NCBI GenBank assembly: GCA_965197745.1
Contig: CBDANS010000007.1
Coordinates: 1,184,001 to 1,248,000, forward strand
Direction of reading: 5' to 3'
DNA length: 64,000 nucleotides
From: Opitutales bacterium
Lineage (GTDB): Bacteria; Verrucomicrobiota; Verrucomicrobiia; Opitutales; PNEW01
The translations under genes were made by a program, and so were the position numbers. Of the stretch, positions 20,624-30,998 are shown one piece after another (within the stretch, counting starts at the first letter, position 1; every line of letters begins with the position of its first letter). Below the pieces are notes generated by a model. It saw only the letters and a program-made list of their open reading frames with translations. It was not told the DNA's origin and did not search any database.

Positions 20624-21814
20624 TTGTATTACTGCTTCAAACTTGACATAATCATCTTCAATGAAAGGATTCCCGAAAATATCATCCCATCTTGTAGAAA
20701 TCTATTGAAATTCTATCTCAAGCTCTCGTTCATCTTCATTTTGCTCTACCTGTTTTTGCTTAGTATTGGAATGATGGGGACATCATTTAAAATGCTGGGT
20801 GCAGACTCCTCTGAAGGTATATTACGCACGGCAACAGCGAATCCGTTCATTGGGCTACTGATTGGGATTTTTACCACAAGTTTAGTTCAATCGTCATCCA
20901 CGGTCTCGGCAATGGTTGTAGCTATCGTAGCTAGTGGCTCACTGGATGTTGGCGGGGCAGTACCCATCATAATGGGTGCTAACATTGGGACTACGGTAAC
21001 CAATACCCTGGTATCGCTAAGTCATGTTAGGCAAAATCACGAATTTCGCCGCGCATTTGCCGCCGCTACGATTCATGATTTATTCAATCTCTTTACCGTT
21101 GTCATATTATTTCCCCTCGAAATTACCACCCATTTTATTGAAAAGACGGCTTCTTATACCGCTACATTTGTACAGGGGGCGGAGGGTTGGAAATTCAGCA
21201 ACCCGGTAAAAGCAATTACCAGGCCGATAATAAATTTGTGTAAAGATACTTTGAATGTGCTGACCGGGAACGAATATATAACAGTATGGATACTCCTGGC
21301 TCTTTCCTTGCTCCTTTTATTTGGATGCCTGGTGCTTCTTACCAGGACTTTAAAATCGATGATGCTCGATAAGCTGGAGCTTCTTTTTGACCGCTTTATT
21401 GGCAGAAGCGCTTTGATCGGGATGGGTTTAGGGGTGGTAATGACTATTCTCGTGCAATCTTCATCGATCACCACCTCACTCCTGGTTCCTATGGCAGGGG
21501 CAGGGCTTTTAACCTTGCGGCAAATATTCCCGGTTACGCTGGGCGCTAATATAGGAACAACGATAACCGCACTTTTGGCAACCTTAGGGACCACAGAACT
21601 CGCGAATGCAGCGCTCACCATTGCGCTCTGTCACTTATATTTCAATATCTTTGGAATAGGTATCATTTATCCCTTTGAAAAAATCCGGAATATTCCCTTG
21701 TATTCTGCTGAACGAATAGCAGATTTAGCTGTGAAATCTAAAAAAATAGCAGCTATTTATTTAATCGGTATATTTTTTATGATTCCAGGACTTATTGTAT
21801 TAATTACCCTGTAA
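20624..21814 (+). CDS. Na+/phosphate cotransporter (NptA/SLC34-like)
   Basis: Two QSSS motifs and two GANIGTT repeats; start uncertain. Confidence 0.92.
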   Translation: MYYCFKLDIIIFNERIPENIIPSCRNLLKFYLKLSFIFILLYLFLLSIGMMGTSFKMLGADSSEGILRTATANPFIGLLIGIFTTSLVQSSSTVSAMVVAIVASGSLDVGGAVPIIMGANIGTTVTNTLVSLSHVRQNHEFRRAFAAATIHDLFNLFTVVILFPLEITTHFIEKTASYTATFVQGAEGWKFSNPVKAITRPIINLCKDTLNVLTGNEYITVWILLALSLLLLFGCLVLLTRTLKSMMLDKLELLFDRFIGRSALIGMGLGVVMTILVQSSSITTSLLVPMAGAGLLTLRQIFPVTLGANIGTTITALLATLGTTELANAALTIALCHLYFNIFGIGIIYPFEKIRNIPLYSAERIADLAVKSKKIAAIYLIGIFFMIPGLIVLITL

Positions 21815-21835
21815 CTTAAGCGAAAGGACAATCTG

Positions 21836-22504
21836 ATGCTGAAACAACTCCTCTCAATCTGGCAAGAAGACAACCTCCTCTCAAAATCAGATGAGCAATT
21901 CAATGGGATGTTAATTTCTCTGCGGACGATGTTCGATTCGACGATGGAATACATATGGAAGTACGAAGAGGGAAAATCGGCGCAGGGAATTTATGATGAA
22001 GATATCGAAATCAATAAATCCGAGCGAAAAATTCGAAAGCGGATTATTGAGCATCTAAGCATTCAACCCGGTGTCGGTGTGAGCCAGTGTCTGATATTGA
22101 TGAGTATCGGAAAAGATGCTGAGCGCATCGGAGATTATTGTAAGAACCTGTTGGAAGTAGTCGTTAACTATGGGAAGCCTTTCAAGACGGATAGCTACAC
22201 GGATGCGCTTAAAAAGATGCAAATTGAAATCGATGAAATGTTCACTAAAACAATTGAATGCCTGCGTAAAGACAGCCTGGAAATCGCCAATGATGTTCAT
22301 GAAAAGGCAACAGGGCTGAACAAGGAATGCGAACAATATATTTTAAAGCTCTATGACAGTGAAGGGCTGGATGTTCGTTCAGCGATATCCTATGTGCTGA
22401 TTTTTCGCTTCTTAAAGCGTATTATCAGTCATCTTGGAAATATTTCTACTTCTGTGTCGATGCCCGTTCACAAGCTCGACTACTTTGATGAGAAATTACT
22501 GTGA
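21836..22504 (+). CDS. PhoU-domain protein
   Basis: DIEINKSERKIR, KDAERIGDY, FLKRI..H; follows the Na/Pi transporter. Confidence 0.88.
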   Translation: MLKQLLSIWQEDNLLSKSDEQFNGMLISLRTMFDSTMEYIWKYEEGKSAQGIYDEDIEINKSERKIRKRIIEHLSIQPGVGVSQCLILMSIGKDAERIGDYCKNLLEVVVNYGKPFKTDSYTDALKKMQIEIDEMFTKTIECLRKDSLEIANDVHEKATGLNKECEQYILKLYDSEGLDVRSAISYVLIFRFLKRIISHLGNISTSVSMPVHKLDYFDEKLL

Positions 22505-22561
22505 TTGCCTTCAGGATAAAATTTTTTTTACAGCGTTGAGAAATAGATAGCGGAAATAGTA

Positions 22562-23320
22562 ATGATCGTATTTATAGCAGGTATGCCTCGTTCAGGATCA
22601 ATGTGGGTCTATAATGTGACAAGGGCCTTAATCAGGTCCTGTGGAAAAATACCAGTCCCCGAAAATATGCCGCCTGATGACGAAAGTCGCATTAATAATG
22701 CATTTAAGATCCAACTTGGAGATAATGAAGTTTATATAATAAAAACGCATAAGGTGCTGAAACCAGGCTTACCCGGAGTGAAAATAATTTACACCTATCG
22801 AGATGTACGGGACGCGATGTTATCCTATATGTGATTTATGCATTGTGGGTTTGATCGGGGTATTAAAAGTGTGAAAGGGAATATGCAATTAACCGATTTC
22901 TATTTTGAAAAACACTCCCAAAATATAGTCCGGATCAGATACGATGAAATTATATTAAATCCGGTTAAGGTCATTAATGAAATTGGAGAAGTAATAAATT
23001 GTGTTGTTGGAAAAGAGAGGGCTGAGACTATAGCCGATCAACATTCCAGGGAAAACGTGAAAAAGATTATAAAATCACTGGAGGACGTAGCGATAAGTGA
23101 TTCGGGCGATTTTCAAGATTCCCGGCAAAGTAGCGAATTTGAGGCAGTTAAAAATCTGGATGGTGGATTTCGTATAATCGATAAAAAAACCAGATTTCAA
23201 ACTAATCATATAACCTCTAAGAAAGAAGGGGAGTGGCGTGAGTTTTTATCTGAAGAACAGAAAGAGATACTTATGAATACTTCCTCTGCATGGTTAAATC
23301 GCTATAATTTTCCTCTGTGA
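22562..23320 (+). pseudogene. Sulfotransferase-domain gene interrupted by an in-frame TGA (22832-22834)
   Basis: ORFs 22562-22834 and 22838-23320 share a frame; GMPRSGS and RDVRDAMLS PAPS-binding motifs precede the stop and RYDE follows it. Confidence 0.8.
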
Positions 23321-23747
23321 TGGTGGAAGATAAGCGGCTTCAATGACCCTCTTTCCAGGGCTAGAAACAAGACAGCTCGATTTTTTTCTTTAACGGGCGC
23401 GTTTCTTTTTGGGAGTGAAAGTCAACTGTTTTTCTGAGTGCTTTGTCTGCAAAGTCAGGTTTTGATCTATATCGAAATAAATGGTGTATTGAAAGTAGAC
23501 GATATCCGTAGATGACATGAAAAATATATTGGACAAGAACTTTCCTCAATATTGGAAGCATTACCTACTGCAAAGTTTTTATGCGACGATAGCAGTATCC
23601 ATTGTCTTGCTGGTATTGGAGATGCAGAATGTCGTTGTCGTAGCGTCCATCGGTGCAAGCGCTTTTATAATATTTTCGGTAATTAATAGATTAGGGCTTG
23701 ACAAAATGGATAAGATTCACAAGCTTAGGATAAAAGGAGAAAATAAA

Positions 23748-24617
23748 ATGAACCTAATATCCGTATTAAAAAAATATCCTACTCAACAAGCTTGCATCGA
23801 CCATTTAGAGGTTGTCAGGTGGAAAGGAAAACCGTGTTGTCCGCACTGTGAAAGCGATCATGTAGCGCGTAAGAAGGAAAAAAAGAGAGTTGGCCGATGG
23901 AACTGCCACGATTGCCAGAACAGCTTTAACGTGCTTTCAGGGACAGTATTTCAGGGAACTCACGTCCCGCTTCAAAAATGGTTCCTTGCAATTGCGTTGA
24001 TGGTAAATGCAAAGAAAAGCTTATCGAGTTGCCAGTTGGCTCGCGATCTGGAACTAAATCAAATGTCTTGCTGGTATATGCAACAGCGTATTCGTGCGGC
24101 TATAGCAAGCAAGGAGCGTCGTTTCCTGAATGGTGTAGTTGAAATGGACGAAACTTATATCGGTGGGAAGCCACGACGCAGTAAGGACGATGATGACCTT
24201 CCAAAGCGTGGTAGGGGAACCAAGAAAACTCCTGTTATAGGCGCGGTAGAGCGTGGTGGTAAAGTTATAGCCAAAGTTGTCGATGATCTGAGCAGATTTG
24301 GTGTACTACGTTTTATTAACAGCGCAACCGATGCTGATGAGACTATCTTAGTTACCGATGAATTTCCCGCATACAAGATTCTCGATAATCTCTTGGCTAG
24401 GGTCACTATCAATCACAGTGAGAGCTATGTAGACGGTGATGTTCACACCAACTCAATAGAAGGGTTTTGGTCTCACTTGAAACGTGCTTGGTTTGGTCAG
24501 CACCACCATTATAAAAAGCTTTACATGCCTTTATACATCGCTGAGGCATGCTGGAAGTATAATCAACGGGAACGCAATGACGGATTCAGTGCATTCCTTA
24601 ATATGGCGATGAATTGA
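23748..24617 (+). CDS. IS1595-family transposase
   Basis: Zn ribbon CPHC..CHDC; EMDETYIGGK, VTDE, HTNSIEGFW.HLKR; SD AAGGAG before ATG 23748. Confidence 0.95.
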   Translation: MNLISVLKKYPTQQACIDHLEVVRWKGKPCCPHCESDHVARKKEKKRVGRWNCHDCQNSFNVLSGTVFQGTHVPLQKWFLAIALMVNAKKSLSSCQLARDLELNQMSCWYMQQRIRAAIASKERRFLNGVVEMDETYIGGKPRRSKDDDDLPKRGRGTKKTPVIGAVERGGKVIAKVVDDLSRFGVLRFINSATDADETILVTDEFPAYKILDNLLARVTINHSESYVDGDVHTNSIEGFWSHLKRAWFGQHHHYKKLYMPLYIAEACWKYNQRERNDGFSAFLNMAMN

Positions 24618-24631
24618 AAGGAATTAATACA

Positions 24632-24951
24632 ATGACAGAAGAAGAGAAAGATCGTGAGATTGGTAAAATGTATCGCGAACATGGAGAACAAAAAAATCAC
24701 TTGAAATGCCTTAGATCAAAGGCAAGATCAATGAAGCAAACTATATAGATGGGGTTAGCAATCTGCTTGACGAGCGTCCCTTTAATTACGCCGTGGGAAG
24801 AGGGAAATTATTGTATTTCGTGCCAGGAACAGGTGGGGCGCGTAAGGAAATTTCTTGGGCTTCCGAAGAAGAACTTTGCCAGCTAATAGAAGAGATTGAT
24901 TCGACGAAGCAGAGAATTGATGAGCTTAAAAATGAGTTGGGTCTAGATTGA
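24632..24951 (+). pseudogene. Frameshifted passenger ORF inside the IS
   Basis: MTEEEKDREIGK...MKQTI* (stop 24746-24748) continues in another frame as DGVSNLLDERPF...ELKNELGLD*; removing one TA from CTATATAGAT gives 105 aa. Confidence 0.6.
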
Positions 24952-25352
24952 AGCGCGTATTAAACATCAAGCCCAAATCTATTAATTACCATATTTTCAA
25001 TGCCTAATAGTATAACCGCTAAACCAAGAAATTTAATTGGTGGACACATGATCGGCCTCATCTGCGGTTCATTATTCGCCCTTATTCCTCACGCCTCTTT
25101 CATCGTATTTAACATTGTATACGCATTGGCCGTTGGATCTACTTTTTTTCTTATGGTGACAACTGATACCGAACATCCACCAGCTGCAGGCACCGCCCTG
25201 GGCATAGCACTTGCCGGGTTTTCATTTGATCTCGCTCTAGCTTTGATTACAAGTGTGGCGATACTTGCATCTATCCATTATTTTTTTAAACCGTATTTAA
25301 AAGATTTAGTGTGATCTAAGAAATATAAATTATAAACGTAGAAGGAGACAGA

Positions 25353-26129
25353 ATGAAAACGCTGATATCCATTGGGGCTTTTTATTTTATTACTGGTTGT
25401 GTCATAGCTGCAGTCCATACCCAGGAATTAGATTACGAGCAGGGTGAGACGCAGCTTCGTGGTTATCTTGCCTATGACGACGGTAATGATAAAAAACGTC
25501 CTGGTGTTCTCGTTGTTCATGAATGGTGGGGCTTGAATGATCACGCAAAAAGAAAGGCAGAAGCGCTCGCTAATGAAGGTTATATTGCTTTCGCCCTCGA
25601 TATGTACGGCGAAGGTAAAAACACGGTTCATCCTGAAGAAGCTGGAGAATGGGCGGGTTATATCAGGCAGAATATGGAAATAGGTAAGGAGAGATTTTCA
25701 GCGGCATATCGGTTGCTCCAAAGCCAGGCCTATACAGATGGAAAAAAAATTGCAGCCATCGGGTATTGCTTTGGCGGGACTGTTGTTCTTACCATGGCGC
25801 AATTGAATATTGATTTAAAAGGGGTTGTCAGTTTTCATGGCGGTTTACCAACCGAGAAAATTGCGACAGGTCCGATAAAAGCTAAAATTCTTGTCTGCCA
25901 CGGAGCAGATGATCCCCTTATCTCTCAGGAACAAATCCAGATATTTCAAAATAATATGAGAGAGGCCGGTGCCGACTGGCAATTTATCGCATACGGAGGG
26001 GCAAAACACAGTTTTACCAATCCCGACGCAGACAAGCGGGAACTATCAGCGCTTGGCTATCATCGATCTGCTGATAAGAGATCCTGGAAAGCGATGCTCA
26101 CTTTATTTCAGGAGATTTTTTCGTATTAA
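25353..26129 (+). CDS. Dienelactone hydrolase family protein
   Basis: VHEWWGLN, GYCFGG nucleophile elbow, HGADD, HSFTNP; SD AAGGAG. Confidence 0.92.
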   Translation: MKTLISIGAFYFITGCVIAAVHTQELDYEQGETQLRGYLAYDDGNDKKRPGVLVVHEWWGLNDHAKRKAEALANEGYIAFALDMYGEGKNTVHPEEAGEWAGYIRQNMEIGKERFSAAYRLLQSQAYTDGKKIAAIGYCFGGTVVLTMAQLNIDLKGVVSFHGGLPTEKIATGPIKAKILVCHGADDPLISQEQIQIFQNNMREAGADWQFIAYGGAKHSFTNPDADKRELSALGYHRSADKRSWKAMLTLFQEIFSY

Positions 26130-26193
26130 TCTATTTTGTTTTAACAAGTATTTATAAACATCAAAGGGAAAATAATATGATTATAATGAATTC

Positions 26194-27561
26194 ATGAATA
26201 GAAGTTACGATATTATCGTCATAGGCACAGGTCCCGGCGGCGAAGGAGCAGCGATGAAAGCATCGAAAGAAGGGAAAAATGTCGGCGTAATTGAAAAGTA
26301 CCCAGCAGTTGGTGGCAATTGCACGCACCTAAGTACCATTCCCAGCAAATCCTTGCGTCAATCTGTTCAGCAGCTAAGCGAGCTTGGAAAAGGTAATAGG
26401 GTAAACCACCAGGATCTATTAAAAGCCGCAGAAGCTATTGTAAAGCGTCAGGTTGAATTGCGTAGGGGGTTTTATGAAAGAAATTTAATCGAGGTCTGCC
26501 ATGGTCAAGCTGTGTTTGTGGATGATCATACAGTAGAGGTAAAACTTAATGGAGGGGAGAGTGAGCAGTTAACGGCCGATGGTTTTATTATAGCTACCGG
26601 TGCTCGACCCTATCATCCCGAAAATGTTGATTTCTCTCACCCACGCATTCTCGATAGTGATACGATATTAAGACTTAAAGAAAACCCCCGTTCCCTGACA
26701 ATATATGGCGTCGGAGTGGTGGGGTGTGAATACGCATCCATCTTCAGGAGACTGAAAGTCAAAATCAATTTAATCAATAATCGGGATCAATTGTTGTCCT
26801 ATTTGGATGATGAAATTATTGACGCGTTAAGCTATCAATTGCGTGAACAGGGGGTATTAATCCGACATAACGAGAAGTACGAAAAAGTCAAAGCGGACGA
26901 GGATGGGGTGAGGCTTTTTCTTAAATCTAATAAGCAGATACAGAGCGATTACATACTATGGGCGGAAGGGAGAACCGGTAATTCTGATGGCATGGGATTG
27001 GAATCCATGGGCATTGAAACCGATGAACGTGGTTCAATCGTTATTAATAATAACTACCAGACGTCGAAGAATAATATCTACGCGGTCGGCGATGTCGTTG
27101 GTTATCCCAGTCTCGCCAGTGCGGCCTATGATCAGGGCCGATTTGCCACGACACACCTTATTTATGGTGCGTGCGAAAATCAACTGGTTGAGGATATACC
27201 TACAGGCATATATACTATACCGGAGATCAGCTCCGTCGGTATGAACGAACGCGAGCTCACGGAGAATAAAATATCTTATGAAGTGGGCCATTCATTCTTT
27301 CGCCATTTGGCGAGAGCACAGATTACCGGTCATACTACCGGAATGTTGAAAATTCTATTTCATCGCGAAACTTTAGAAATTCTGGGGATTCACTGCTTTG
27401 GCGCTCAAGCATCGGAAATTATTCATATTGGTCAGGCGATTATGGCACAAAAAGGTGAAGCCAACACCCTTATGTATTTCATTAATACCACCTTTAATTA
27501 TCCGACCATGGCAGAAGCCTACCGCGTTGCTGCCCTGAATGGTCTGAATCGTCTCAGATAA
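26194..27561 (+). CDS. sthA: Soluble pyridine nucleotide transhydrogenase
   Basis: [59 protein letters not shown]. Confidence 0.95.
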   Translation: MNRSYDIIVIGTGPGGEGAAMKASKEGKNVGVIEKYPAVGGNCTHLSTIPSKSLRQSVQQLSELGKGNRVNHQDLLKAAEAIVKRQVELRRGFYERNLIEVCHGQAVFVDDHTVEVKLNGGESEQLTADGFIIATGARPYHPENVDFSHPRILDSDTILRLKENPRSLTIYGVGVVGCEYASIFRRLKVKINLINNRDQLLSYLDDEIIDALSYQLREQGVLIRHNEKYEKVKADEDGVRLFLKSNKQIQSDYILWAEGRTGNSDGMGLESMGIETDERGSIVINNNYQTSKNNIYAVGDVVGYPSLASAAYDQGRFATTHLIYGACENQLVEDIPTGIYTIPEISSVGMNERELTENKISYEVGHSFFRHLARAQITGHTTGMLKILFHRETLEILGIHCFGAQASEIIHIGQAIMAQKGEANTLMYFINTTFNYPTMAEAYRVAALNGLNRLR

Positions 27562-27677
27562 TTCCCCCATCGCTGAATGTGTATTCTTAAGAATTAAGCG
27601 GTGTTCTAAAATATTATCTGATATCAGAGTGGAAGGAGTGGGGGAATAGTCTTAACCGAATTACCCGTTGTTGTGAA

Positions 27678-28406
27678 ATGGCTGACCGATTTAACACGTG
27701 TATTACAAAAAAGCTTAATGCGCTGCATTCGTTACAAGAGAAGGTAAGGACCATTGGCTATGTGAATAATTTTCCTTTTTACTTTATTCACATTAAAGGG
27801 AATACCGAAGCTCGGAAGAACATATTAATTTCAGCAGGTATCCATGGAGATGAGCCCGCAGGGCCCGCGGCAGTTTTCCAATTTTTAGAAAGAAACAACA
27901 CACATCTTTATGCAGATTTTAATTTCTATATCTTGCCTTGTATTAATCCATTTGGTTTTGAGCATAATAAAAGAGAGAACGCAGAGGGCTTAGATCTCAA
28001 TCGATCACTGGAAAAAGACGATATTACCGAGATCATTTTTATCAAAAATGTGCTCAGGGATCTGCACTTCGATTTCATCATCGATTTTCATGAAGATTGG
28101 GAAGCGGTGGGCTTTTATCTTTATGAAGCGAAGCGCGATGAAGTTTGGATTGGGCCGTCGATTATTGAAAATGTTGAAAAAATAGGGGCCATTGATGAAA
28201 CAGCTTCGGAAAGCGACATTCCTATCTATAGGGGAGGGTCGAAAATCGATCCTTCTTGGGGAACACTGGGGTTTGCTTCTTATTTATACCACTATCATTC
28301 TGATCATGCCATCATCAGTGAATCTCCCACCAGTTGGGACCTCGATAAAAGAACCAACACGCATTTAGCGACATTGGATACCTTAATCGGGAAAGAGCGT
28401 AATTAG
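27678..28406 (+). CDS. M14-family metallocarboxypeptidase / succinylglutamate desuccinylase-like
   Basis: AGIHGDEPAG, PCINP.G, DLNR, IDFHED. Confidence 0.88.
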   Translation: MADRFNTCITKKLNALHSLQEKVRTIGYVNNFPFYFIHIKGNTEARKNILISAGIHGDEPAGPAAVFQFLERNNTHLYADFNFYILPCINPFGFEHNKRENAEGLDLNRSLEKDDITEIIFIKNVLRDLHFDFIIDFHEDWEAVGFYLYEAKRDEVWIGPSIIENVEKIGAIDETASESDIPIYRGGSKIDPSWGTLGFASYLYHYHSDHAIISESPTSWDLDKRTNTHLATLDTLIGKERN

Positions 28407-28449
28407 TAGAGGTCGTTACCGGTCGTTTGGGCCTTCTTGTATATGAGTT

Positions 28450-28474
28450 ATAAATGCAAATGACTTGCATTTAT
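28450..28474. promoter_or_regulatory. Fur/Zur-family-like operator
   Basis: Perfect 10-5-10 inverted repeat ATAAATGCAA-atgac-TTGCATTTAT overlapping a TTGCAT-17-TATACC promoter upstream of the MerC-domain gene. Confidence 0.65.
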
Positions 28475-28577
28475 TTTCAGAATTATCTATACCCTCACGA
28501 TTATACTCTATATCAGAAATGAAATAAGACGAATAACAATATAGTTTCATATTCTCTTTTATTTATTGATAAATTAA

Positions 28578-29015
28578 ATGCACGGTAAAACAGACACGCT
28601 ATATTGGCCAAAATTAGATGGGATTGGAATAGGGCTTTCCTTTATTTGTGCCATTCATTGTCTCATAACGCCATTAACTTTGGCTCTCCTGCCGCTAATG
28701 GGTATTCATACTCATGATAATAAATCAATTGAGGCTATAATGGTATTGCTGATAATCATGGTGGGCATTCTTGCCTTGATGAGAGGTTATCTCAATCACA
28801 AGAAATGGCAGGTATTTATTTATTTAACGCTGGGTATTGTCATATTTGTTTTCATAAGGCCTGTGTTCGATAATACCGCATATAATCTTGCCACCCTATT
28901 AGGTGGATTTTCTTTTATGGTTGGGCACTTATACAATTGGAATTGGTGCCGCGCGTGTCCGCTTTGCCGTGAATCAAAGGATCATTGCCAATTATCGAAT
29001 CATCCTCACCGATAA
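28578..29015 (+). CDS. MerC-domain membrane protein
   Basis: LDGIGIGLSFICAIHCLITP, GYLNHK, 4 TM segments, Cys/His-rich tail. Confidence 0.85.
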   Translation: MHGKTDTLYWPKLDGIGIGLSFICAIHCLITPLTLALLPLMGIHTHDNKSIEAIMVLLIIMVGILALMRGYLNHKKWQVFIYLTLGIVIFVFIRPVFDNTAYNLATLLGGFSFMVGHLYNWNWCRACPLCRESKDHCQLSNHPHR

Positions 29016-29092
29016 GATTAAGACATAGAACCTGTGGGTATGGTGATTAAGAAGATACTCAATAATTACCCGATATAAGAAATCAGACAGTC

Positions 29093-30448
29093 ATGGGTCA
29101 ACTATTACAGAAGCTTGCTGCACGTGCGGAGTCGGATAACCCGCTCAGGATAGGGCTCATTGGCGCCGGTAAATTTGCAACAACATTTTTGACCTTGGCA
29201 CGTAATCTCAATGGATTACACATCCTGGGAATTGCTGACCTCTCAGTTGATCGCGTATGCAGGGCATTGAGAAATGCTGAGTGGCAAGCAGAACAGTACG
29301 CGGCAACAAGCTTTGATCACGCGCTGAAAACAGGCACAACCTATATGACTGAAGATACAGGGGCTCTTATTGCGGCCGATGGGCCTGAGATAATAGTTGA
29401 AGCGACCGGTAATGCAATGGCTGGAGTTCGACATGGATTGAAGGCGATAGATGAAGGACGGCACCTGATTATGGTCAATGTAGAAGCTGATGCTTTAGCC
29501 GGTCCCCTCTTGTCCGAAAGAGCGAGCGCTTCCGGAATTGTATATAGTCTGGCTTATGGGGACCAGCCAGCATTGATTTGCGAACTGGTAGACTGGGCTC
29601 AAAGCTGTGGATTTGATATCGTATGCGCGGGAAAAGGGACCAAGTATTTACCTGCCTATCATTATTCTACGCCGGATACGGTGTGGGATCACTTCGGGTT
29701 GAGTGAAGAAACAATCCAAGGCGGTGAATTAAATCCAAAGATGTTTAATTCTTTTCTTGATGGAAGCAAATCGGCTATCGAAATGGCGGCGGTGGCCAAT
29801 GCCACGCGCTTACTGCCACCTGAAAATGGTCTACAGTTCCCTCCCTGTAATATTGAGAATCTGCCTAATATATGTCGACCGCAAGCTAAGGGGGGAGAGC
29901 TGGCGCACAGTGGAACGGTTGAAGTGGTCTCATCTTTGGAGCGAGACGGTCGACCAATAGAAAACCACTTGCGCTGGGGTGTTTATGTTACTTTTGAAGC
30001 ATCGAGTGAATATGTAAGACGCTGTTTTTCCGAGTATGGCCTTCTTACCGATACCACCGGATGTTATGCGACCATGTACCGCCCCTACCATCTCATTGGC
30101 TTGGAGTTACAGATAAGTGTACTAAATGTGGGATTGCAAGGTGAAGCGACGGGTTCAGCAGTTGCCTTTAAAGGAGATGTTATAGCGACTGCAAAAAGGG
30201 ATCTTGTGGCAGGAGAAATTTTAGATGGAGAAGGCGGTTATTGTGTTTACGGTAAACTCACGACGGCGGAAGCGGCCCTTAAGACAGAATTGCTTCCCAT
30301 CGGATTAGCGCATAAAGTAAAACTAAGAAATGGGCTGTCATCAGGTCAGCCTTTGCGATGGTCAGACATCTCTATTGATGAAAATGACACTGTTGTAAAA
30401 TTTCGTAGAGAGATGGAAAAAAGAGCAGGAGCAAATACAGACAAATGA
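29093..30448 (+). CDS. Homoserine-dehydrogenase-like NAD(P)-binding oxidoreductase with SAF domain
   Basis: GAGKF, MVNVEAD, GDQPAL, DGSKSAIEM, AKRDLVAGEILDGEGGY. Confidence 0.88.
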   Translation: MGQLLQKLAARAESDNPLRIGLIGAGKFATTFLTLARNLNGLHILGIADLSVDRVCRALRNAEWQAEQYAATSFDHALKTGTTYMTEDTGALIAADGPEIIVEATGNAMAGVRHGLKAIDEGRHLIMVNVEADALAGPLLSERASASGIVYSLAYGDQPALICELVDWAQSCGFDIVCAGKGTKYLPAYHYSTPDTVWDHFGLSEETIQGGELNPKMFNSFLDGSKSAIEMAAVANATRLLPPENGLQFPPCNIENLPNICRPQAKGGELAHSGTVEVVSSLERDGRPIENHLRWGVYVTFEASSEYVRRCFSEYGLLTDTTGCYATMYRPYHLIGLELQISVLNVGLQGEATGSAVAFKGDVIATAKRDLVAGEILDGEGGYCVYGKLTTAEAALKTELLPIGLAHKVKLRNGLSSGQPLRWSDISIDENDTVVKFRREMEKRAGANTDK

Positions 30449-30482
30449 TTAACCTCACAAATGGATTAGCTAATAATGAAAT

Positions 30483-30890
30483 ATGGACGAAATTATAGCT
30501 AAAATATTCTCTGTATCTATTTTCATTTATGGCGCTTCTCACCTCCTGCAAGCCAATCGGTGGGCAAAAACGTTTTCAGTTTTTCTTAAAAGCGAAGAGA
30601 CGCCATTTATTATAGGGGCATTAACATTACCTGTAGGATTAATTATTGTTATTGGTCATAATATCTGGATCCTGGATTTTCCTCTATTCATCACTCTGTG
30701 TGGATGGGGAATGGTAATAAAAAGTTGTCTATATCTCATATTTCCACGATCTATTTTCATGATCACTCCCAAAACAGAAAAAAATTTACGCTATTCTTCG
30801 AGGGGTGTTGGAATAGTAATGATCGTCGTTGGGCTCATCCTCATTTATGATACATTTTGGCGTGCTTCCAGTGATCCAATCTACTTCTAA
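30483..30890 (+). CDS. Hypothetical membrane protein
   Basis: Four hydrophobic helices, GHNIW and ITLCGW..IK. Confidence 0.7.
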   Translation: MDEIIAKIFSVSIFIYGASHLLQANRWAKTFSVFLKSEETPFIIGALTLPVGLIIVIGHNIWILDFPLFITLCGWGMVIKSCLYLIFPRSIFMITPKTEKNLRYSSRGVGIVMIVVGLILIYDTFWRASSDPIYF

Positions 30891-30998
30891 GCGAGAAGGC
30901 AGGTTAAGGCTGGAGCTATTTACAGGGTTATCATTTAAATTTTATAATCGCATTGTTTCTTGCCATGTTATGGAAAAGAGAGCTAGGTTTGGGTCATA

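Larger units (their letters stand above)
23678..24990 (+). mobile_element. IS1595-family insertion sequence (1313 bp) with passenger ORF
   Basis: TIRs GGTAATTAATAGATTAGGGCTTGA (23678-23701) and the inverse at 24967-24990 match 23/24; 8-bp TSD ATATTTTC at 23670-23677 and 24991-24998. Confidence 0.95.
23517..25314 (+). pseudogene. HPP-family membrane protein disrupted by an IS1595 insertion
   Basis: Joining 23517-23677 to 24999-25314 restores a 158-aa ORF ...ASIGASAFIIFSMPNSITAKPRNLIGGH...TEHPPAAGTAL. Confidence 0.9.

Noticed and set aside
22832..22834. Genome-wide TGA reassignment or selenocysteine
   Set aside because: TGA ends full-length conserved genes (aspC, queH, DCC-family). Only one in-frame TGA case was found, with no obvious SECIS hairpin or redox motif.
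24689..24700. A-run frameshift explaining the split IS passenger ORF
   Set aside because: A -1 shift there meets a TAG before reaching the second half.
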